DNA of 32,000 nucleotides from the NCBI GenBank assembly GCA_008080745.1, contig SHMX01000008.1, forward strand, positions 46,224 through 78,223, in the 5' to 3' direction. Position 1 is the stretch's first letter. Each line of letters begins with the position of its first letter. The notes beneath the pieces were generated by a model. The model made no database searches. It was not told where the DNA came from and saw nothing but the letters and a program-made list of their open reading frames with translations. Position numbers and translations under genes: made by a program. This stretch comes from Candidatus Thorarchaeota archaeon. GTDB lineage: Archaea; Asgardarchaeota; Thorarchaeia; Thorarchaeales; Thorarchaeaceae. Positions 26,325 through 32,000 of the stretch are shown here, one piece after another.

Positions 26325-26782
26325 GCAACTTTCTTAGAAACTTCTTTTCTTGTAATAATGCGGATGGCGACCGATCTCATTCTCCTGTTGCCATCTCTTT
26401 CCTCGATAGTGGTGGAATCCCAATCTATACTCTTGGGTTGACACGTGATGAATGTGACCATTTTATCTTAGGTGGCTTCATTAAAGCAGCTCAACATTTC
26501 TTTCAACATTTCTTTCAGCAAAATATCTGTTACTTTGAGCTAGATACATATGGGGTACTTCTACATAGAAAAGATGACTTTACAGCAATCTATCTTTTCA
26601 TCGGTTCTCGACAATCTGCTGAAGAGTCCCTCAGAAACTTAGTACTCCGTCTAATAGAAAATCCTGAGGTGTTAGAAGCACTCCATATTACCAGCACAAC
26701 TGGGAAATCAATTGACCGGGTTACGCAGCATATGATGGATGGCATGGCTGTTGAGAGTTTGGAGGTACCCATTAGGCATTGA
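26321..26782 (+). CDS. longin-like domain protein (putative)
   Basis: Beta-beta-alpha-beta-beta-beta-alpha pattern: VAISFLDSGGIPIY, DHFILGGFIKAAQHF, ICYFELDTYGVLLHRKDDFTAIYLF, then a helix. Fold call by eye. ORF track start 26288. Confidence 0.55.
   Translation: MSNFLRNFFSCNNADGDRSHSPVAISFLDSGGIPIYTLGLTRDECDHFILGGFIKAAQHFFQHFFQQNICYFELDTYGVLLHRKDDFTAIYLFIGSRQSAEESLRNLVLRLIENPEVLEALHITSTTGKSIDRVTQHMMDGMAVESLEVPIRH
26492..26515 (+). repeat. 12-bp perfect tandem duplication CAACATTTCTTT x2 (QHFFQHFF)
   Basis: Seen directly; in frame within the longin-like gene. Confidence 0.85.
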
Positions 26783-26838
26783 GGTGATTCATCCTGAAAT
26801 CCGAACTCCACCGCCCCTCAATCTTTACTCTGTTTTTC

Positions 26839-27378
26839 ATGATACTTGGATCACTCATGATATTCCTAATGAGCTATGCATGCGCATTGGACTGGAGAGC
26901 CAAAATTTCCCTTGGAGATAGTTGGCTTATCAATATCATTTACCATCCCGTTGCTGGGTTCCTCTCTATTTTCTTCTTGGGGTTAGCATCTCTGTATCTC
27001 ATTCAACGATTAGCTCCAAATCAAATCAAGTCAGTTGAGGCTTCAGGAGTATTATGTGGACGTGGAATAATCGTAATTAGACTAATTGCATTTGTGAATA
27101 CAATTCTCCTAGTTATCAATTCTTACTCCCTCCTCACTTTGGATTATCAAGGTTCAATACACGGCTCTACTGTAGCAATTCATTCCGTTCTTGGTCTGAT
27201 CGCTGGAAGTGGTGCCTTCTTTTCAAAACTACCGTGGATTCTACCAAAGGTCACTGCCAATTCCCATCAATTTAGAAAATATTCTTTGCTCTCCCTCCTC
27301 TCTATCAGTGTGATTTTAATGGGAATTGTTATCATCGCAATGGTAACAGGTCAGTTGGCTCTTTCGTTCGGACCTTGA
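26839..27378 (+). CDS. hypothetical membrane protein (about 5 TM)
   Basis: Hydrophobic segments throughout; frame is open back to 26788, with a GAGGTGA SD at 26781-26787. Confidence 0.7.
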   Translation: MILGSLMIFLMSYACALDWRAKISLGDSWLINIIYHPVAGFLSIFFLGLASLYLIQRLAPNQIKSVEASGVLCGRGIIVIRLIAFVNTILLVINSYSLLTLDYQGSIHGSTVAIHSVLGLIAGSGAFFSKLPWILPKVTANSHQFRKYSLLSLLSISVILMGIVIIAMVTGQLALSFGP

Positions 27379-27395
27379 GAACTTCCATGACACAA

Positions 27396-27427
27396 TGGTC
27401 TGTATTGGGATTTCTCGATACAGACCA
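27396..27427. terminator. hairpin between convergent genes (possible bidirectional terminator)
   Basis: Perfect 10-bp arms TGGTCTGTAT / ATACAGACCA, extendable with G-U pairs. Confidence 0.55.
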
Positions 27428-27446
27428 AACCCCTCTTATCTTTATT

Positions 27447-28229
27447 CTACTTCTTTAGAAAATCATCCACTAATCTATTGAATTCTTCTGAATGGTCATT
27501 GATAATAAGATGTCCTGCTTCTTCAACAATAACAATCTCTGATTGTGGCAACCATTCATGGAGCATCTCTGATGCCCAGACTGGAGTAGTGATATCTTCT
27601 TTTCCTACTATGAGCAAGGTAGGAATTTCTAGATTGCTTAGGTTCTCACAAATATTGAATCCTGCGGAGGCTGCGGTTGCATAGAGTGCGTCCTTCTGTG
27701 TCATATGATCGGTTACCATATTCGCAATCCATTGAGCGGTTTCTTCATCGTAGGGTGAAAGACCTCGCTTACCGATACCTAATGCAAATTTATCAATGGG
27801 ATTTCCTTGTACTCTTCCTGCAACATCTGTAACGGCTTCGTTACTTACGAAACAGTATGAACTTGCAATTACTAATTTTTCAATTTGGTTGGGATGCTCC
27901 AATGCATAAACTAGAGCGACCATACCTCCAAGTGAGTGACCTACAAATGAGAGGTTCTCGTTCCATCCAAGATGACTAAGAAGAATCATCATATCAGTAA
28001 CATAATTACGAATTGTGTATCTTTTTCCTGTCTTGATCGATCTACCATGTCCATGCAAATCAAATCTCAATATATGATAGTCTTGCTCAAAATATGGAAG
28101 TTGGTCTCGCCAACAATCAGCATTTAGAAAAAGACCATGAATCAGTATCAATTTTGGACCTGACTCATTTCCACTTATTTGGTAGGAAATCTTTGTTCCC
28201 TCTTTCTCAAGCATTTGCACTTTAATCAC
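27447..28229 (-). CDS. alpha/beta fold hydrolase (PcaD/enol-lactonase-like)
   Basis: IHGL oxyanion motif, DLHGHGRS, nucleophile GHSLGG, acid GKED, His AGHL. Start is GTG 28229 or ATG 28214. Confidence 0.9.
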   Translation of the reverse strand: MIKVQMLEKEGTKISYQISGNESGPKLILIHGLFLNADCWRDQLPYFEQDYHILRFDLHGHGRSIKTGKRYTIRNYVTDMMILLSHLGWNENLSFVGHSLGGMVALVYALEHPNQIEKLVIASSYCFVSNEAVTDVAGRVQGNPIDKFALGIGKRGLSPYDEETAQWIANMVTDHMTQKDALYATAASAGFNICENLSNLEIPTLLIVGKEDITTPVWASEMLHEWLPQSEIVIVEEAGHLIINDHSEEFNRLVDDFLKK

Positions 28230-28403
28230 ACAACTGGATTTATTTCAAACCTCAAGAAAAATCCTCTGGATTGCGTCCACTCTTACTTATTCCTATTTCT
28301 CAATGGTTTCTTGTTAGAATAAATCTTCTTCTAAATGTTCGATGGTTATATTTACCACCGTGCGTTTGATAATATCTACACATTTTCAGGATGTGGAATA
28401 AAA

Positions 28404-29573
28404 ATGGCACTTACGGGAGAAAAAGTCGGAATTCCGGAGGCTGAGGAAGCCCCGGTGATAGTCGTGCCAAGATGGAAGCAGCCATACGCAGGTATAGTAG
28501 GAATAATTATCACTTTCGTTCTTGCTATTGCAGTCTGGTATGCTCTCGCTTTGGCCGGTTTGGGTATGCTGATTTCCCTTCTTGGTGGATTTGGATTGAT
28601 GGCTGTTCTTTTTGCAATTTGGTTTGAGAATTGGCCATTTTACAAACTAAAGAAGCCATGGAAGGTCGGTCTCGCAGCTACCATATTGAATATCATCGTA
28701 GCTTTCGTCTTCGTTATAATAACTTCAATGTTCTCAGTTGGATATGGGGCATGGTTGGGAATAACTGACCCATTGATTCAGCAAGCAGTAGGTTCTGCAA
28801 TATTCGGTGCACTCTCAGCATCATGTTTCTCATTTGCAGTACTCTGGGTTGCTGGCACGATGTATTGGCCCTGGTTTGACAAGAAACAGCCAACGCGTGG
28901 TATACTGGTTTTCATAGTGGGATGGATTATTACTCTAGTAGCATGGCTACTCCTATTCTTCCCATATGGTAATCCCGCCGCTACTCTTGCCAACCCATTG
29001 ACTTGGGTGCTACCTCAATATGGTCTCAGTATGGCTTGGACGCAGTGGATAATTTTCTTCTCACTGTTGACTCTCATGGCTTTCGAATATTGGCCATGGA
29101 ATAAGGCTGGTAAACAACCAAAAATTGGAATTGTTGCTTTTATTGCATGTTCGATATTGGGACTTGTGTTCATGGTTGTTGCAGGGTATGTGGGCTTGTT
29201 TGTTACATACCCGGTCATGTTACTACTAGGATTTCCTGATCCAGGTGTATCTCAAGTATTGGTTGCTGTGGGTCTATGGAATGTAGCTTTTGCTGACTGG
29301 TTGATAGTAGCGATTATCTTTGTGAGTCTATTCTTTGATAACTGGCCTAAGGGATTCAGCCAGAAGAAGAATATCATTATTCGATTCATGATTGTTCTAA
29401 TTCTTGGAACGCTATTGTTCTTTGGATCTTATTTGATAGCGCCAATTCTTGGACCAATCTATACAGGTAATCCGTTCTACGATAATCTAACACCATTCTT
29501 ACTCATGTTCTTGTGGGTACAATTGGTGTTTGCGTATCTCTGGCGAAAGTGGCCAATCTATAAAGAAATGTAA
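28404..29573 (+). CDS. polytopic membrane protein with five helical-hairpin repeats ending in WP (putative transporter)
   Basis: About 10 TM segments; recurring [FY]xxWP[WF]xx(x)KQPxxG-type junctions. Likely start is ATG 28404 (ORF track start 28335). Confidence 0.75.
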   Translation: MALTGEKVGIPEAEEAPVIVVPRWKQPYAGIVGIIITFVLAIAVWYALALAGLGMLISLLGGFGLMAVLFAIWFENWPFYKLKKPWKVGLAATILNIIVAFVFVIITSMFSVGYGAWLGITDPLIQQAVGSAIFGALSASCFSFAVLWVAGTMYWPWFDKKQPTRGILVFIVGWIITLVAWLLLFFPYGNPAATLANPLTWVLPQYGLSMAWTQWIIFFSLLTLMAFEYWPWNKAGKQPKIGIVAFIACSILGLVFMVVAGYVGLFVTYPVMLLLGFPDPGVSQVLVAVGLWNVAFADWLIVAIIFVSLFFDNWPKGFSQKKNIIIRFMIVLILGTLLFFGSYLIAPILGPIYTGNPFYDNLTPFLLMFLWVQLVFAYLWRKWPIYKEM

Positions 29574-29577
29574 AATT

Positions 29578-29607
29578 GGGGGGGTCTCTTGACCCCTTTC
29601 TCTTTTT
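29578..29607 (+). terminator. intrinsic-type terminator hairpin with T tract
   Basis: GGGGTC-TCTT-GACCCC followed by TTTCTCTTTTT, just after the stop at 29573. Confidence 0.7.
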
Positions 29608-29657
29608 ATTATCCTTTACTTCTATCGTATCTGGAATATTCAAAAAGACTGTTGAAT

Positions 29658-30578
29658 TTATTTGTTGAAGTGTTTAACATAGATTGTATACCGATATCTC
29701 TCTTTGAATCCAAGTTTATCATAAATTTTCTTTGCAGGATTTGATAACGTTACATGGAGACCTATCTCTTGAACTTTAGGAATTGCAAATGAGGCTTTGA
29801 TGGATTCGATAAGAACCTTAGTTCCTAATCCTTGCTTTTTATGTTTTGATTCAACTGCTAGTTCCACAACTGCTGCAGTCTTTTCAGAGGCGAGTGACAT
29901 GAAACAGACCGCTACAGGCTTTGATTGGGAAAGAACGACTTTCGCTATCTCCTCTATATGCCTACCAAAAGTATCGTTAGAAAATTTTTTGACGAATTCT
30001 ATAGCATTACCTTTGGATCCAAAATACTTGTAATATATTCTAGAATCTATCTGACCCTTATTAGCATCATATACAATCTTTGCGAGGTCTTCTATCATCT
30101 CGTTTGAAAAATTAGTGACTTGATATTCTTCTGATAATTCTAAATCGTCTGGTAATCGTATATCTTCTCTTGCTACATACATACTTGCTCTATCATATGA
30201 TTCAAATTCAGCCTTATCAAAAATAAACTTCAGACTGGAGATACCCTTGGAGTCACTATAAGTAATGGTTTCTACACTATTCTTTAGCTTTTCAATTACG
30301 CCTTCAAATAGCAAACTTTCTATCTCTTTTCTTTTTTCATCATCATCTGCCTTAACATGATATGCTGATATCTCGCCATGATTCTGTGTAAGAATGAACC
30401 CATCAACTATCCCTTTGGTTTTATGCGCCAACACACATACTCTTTCAGAAGATAGTGCTTGTTCTAGATAACTAATTACTCTCTCCAATGTAAGAGACTG
30501 ATCGTGATGGTTTCTGACGTAGTCCTCTACAACTTCCTCGAGTTTCGGAACATCTTCTTCGCTTATAATAAAGACCAT
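29658..30578 (-). CDS. GNAT family N-acetyltransferase (tandem GNAT, N-terminal copy divergent)
   Basis: C-terminal motif A (LAVESKHKKQGLGTKVL) and motif B (NPAKKIYDKLGF). Confidence 0.85.
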   Translation of the reverse strand: MVFIISEEDVPKLEEVVEDYVRNHHDQSLTLERVISYLEQALSSERVCVLAHKTKGIVDGFILTQNHGEISAYHVKADDDEKRKEIESLLFEGVIEKLKNSVETITYSDSKGISSLKFIFDKAEFESYDRASMYVAREDIRLPDDLELSEEYQVTNFSNEMIEDLAKIVYDANKGQIDSRIYYKYFGSKGNAIEFVKKFSNDTFGRHIEEIAKVVLSQSKPVAVCFMSLASEKTAAVVELAVESKHKKQGLGTKVLIESIKASFAIPKVQEIGLHVTLSNPAKKIYDKLGFKERYRYTIYVKHFNK

Positions 30579-30869
30579 GTTGGAACCCCTCTGAGTTCTT
30601 ATTGAAGATAATAGTAATCCTTTTGGTTAATGCGGTTGTTTATAGATTAGTGTCAAGGCAATCAAAATATCCACCATGGAAATGCTCTTCGTTTACGCTT
30701 TCGAAATGCTTTGGATGTAGAAATCCGTTTGAAAACAATTGATAACTATTGACATCAGTACTTGTGATGAACGCCCATTACTCTAATTATTTACTTTTTT
30801 CAGCTACCGCTAATAAGATAAGGGTAGCTTGGAATTAGCTATTGAAGAGAGGTTAATGGTGATATTGTA

Positions 30870-31799
30870 ATGGAGGTACTACCCGTAATTAGGATGCGAG
30901 TCAGGTTTGCAAGATCGGTAGCTGACTTGTGGGAGAGATTTTTTGATCCGATTCTGATGCTTCAATGGCTTGGAAATGAGATTCAGGCTGATTTACACGA
31001 GGGTGGCATGATACGATTTGACGGTGGTAATGCACCCACAACACCTGAAATTGGGAATACTTGGGAAATCGAACAGATAAAGAAGGGCAGTGCAATCCTC
31101 TTCACATGGCGAATACTAGGCGTTAGCACTCTAGTTCTTCTGAGATTTAGACAGGTTGGAACATTTTCCTACATTGAATTAAAACATGGAGCTATTCCCT
31201 TTTCTGCAAAAGACTTTCATCTCTCTGAACATTGGAACCTATTATTTGCAAATTTCAAATCTGTTCTAGAACTTGGAGGACCTGCACTTCGGTTCAAATA
31301 CGGTGAATACCATCCAATGACATTAACTAGGTATGATCCTGTTGAAGTTCGACACAGTGTCTTGATTGAAGCTCCTGCCCAATTACCGTTTGATGTATGG
31401 ACTAATCCTGAGAAGCTAAGACATTTCATTAGAGCGTACCGACCGAAGGTTGATCAACAATATGGTGGGATTTATACATGGTGGGCTGAAGGCAAGGGCC
31501 CTGTTGTATTCACAAAAATGGAACAGGACCGAGAGATAGAGTTCACGTGGGTACACATTAACGAACCCGAAACTCGAGTGAATATTCGCTTCGAAGAAGT
31601 TGATGATAGTACATTAGTCACACTCCATCACTACGGGTTTAGAAACCCAGAGGCAGTCATTGGTTACGATATTGGATGGGCAAGCATTCTTAGCGAATTG
31701 AAGTTGGTATGTGAACTAGGAGCTTCTGGTATTGAGAGAGAGATTGATTGGGCAATAGAAGAAGATCCGGACTTCATCAGAGATTATCAAATTGGCTGA
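30870..31799 (+). CDS. tandem SRPBCC (AHSA1/START-like) domain protein
   Basis: Two homologous halves: LWERFFDPILMLQW...LFTW...LKHG...HWNLLFANFKSVLE and PFDVWTNPEKLRHF...IEFTW...LHHYG...GWASILSELKLVCE. GGTGA SD. Confidence 0.85.
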   Translation: MEVLPVIRMRVRFARSVADLWERFFDPILMLQWLGNEIQADLHEGGMIRFDGGNAPTTPEIGNTWEIEQIKKGSAILFTWRILGVSTLVLLRFRQVGTFSYIELKHGAIPFSAKDFHLSEHWNLLFANFKSVLELGGPALRFKYGEYHPMTLTRYDPVEVRHSVLIEAPAQLPFDVWTNPEKLRHFIRAYRPKVDQQYGGIYTWWAEGKGPVVFTKMEQDREIEFTWVHINEPETRVNIRFEEVDDSTLVTLHHYGFRNPEAVIGYDIGWASILSELKLVCELGASGIEREIDWAIEEDPDFIRDYQIG

Positions 31800-32000
31800 A
31801 ATACACGAAGGAAGCTAAATCTAGTACTACCATCTTACGTTTTTCTATTTTGTATTCGTCTTTCCTCTTCTTGATACAAATCAAAAGATGGGGTATGCAA
31901 CAGCTGATCAAAACGTGGACAAGCTTTCTATGAGTAAGAGGTAGGACTACGAAGAGAGTATGGTCTGGTCATGCTGCATGACTTGTCGGATCATCTCCCT

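Noticed and set aside
26213-26921. ORFs 26213-26461 (-), 26590-26811 (-) and 26739-26921 (+)
   Set aside because: They overlap the better-supported longin-like and membrane protein frames and lack SD or motif support.
30802-30829. 7-bp inverted repeat AGCTACC...GGTAGCT upstream of the SRPBCC gene
   Set aside because: It is too short, has a 14-nt loop and has no supporting context.
31800-32000. Possible gene start at the right edge (ATG near 31960 or 31971)
   Set aside because: Fewer than 15 codons are visible and there is no clear SD, so it cannot be supported.
1-32000. CRISPR array, tRNA/rRNA, IS/transposase, integrase, prophage or defence genes
   Set aside because: I found no regularly spaced repeats, cloverleaf or rRNA-like segments, or mobile-element motifs by eye. 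Intergenic gaps are short. tRNAscan-SE/Infernal would be needed to exclude small ncRNAs.

Overview
Gene-dense window with no mobile element, CRISPR array or RNA gene that I can see. It most likely comes from an Asgard archaeon, probably Thorarchaeia. This is an inference from the archaeal-type 'ELYxSLLRHD' histidine kinases, a NosD/beta-helix surface protein with C-terminal Ig-like repeats, a longin-like protein, GGTGA/GGAGG Shine-Dalgarno motifs and TTTATATA boxes. Contents: five PAS/GAF histidine kinases (three in tandem at the left edge; the first is truncated by the window and missing from the ORF track) and no response regulator; a GPH/MFS symporter coupled to a degenerate FdhD-like protein; a 1056-aa glycosylation-rich beta-helix surface protein coupled to an orphan; an ABC-2 exporter; an EamA transporter; a soluble HtrA; an acyl-CoA ligase/KAS III-like/MaoC operon; a secreted beta-helix protein; a putative uORF-longin-membrane protein operon behind paired palindromes; an alpha/beta hydrolase; a 5x-repeat 'WP' membrane protein; a GNAT; and a tandem SRPBCC protein. 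The best leads are the fatty-acyl operon with a His-to-Arg change in its KAS III-like enzyme, the longin operon with GTTTG-N8-CAAAC boxes flanking its TATA box, the FdhD-like pseudoenzyme, and the five-fold repeat membrane protein. All alignments were done by eye against remembered family consensus and need computational confirmation.
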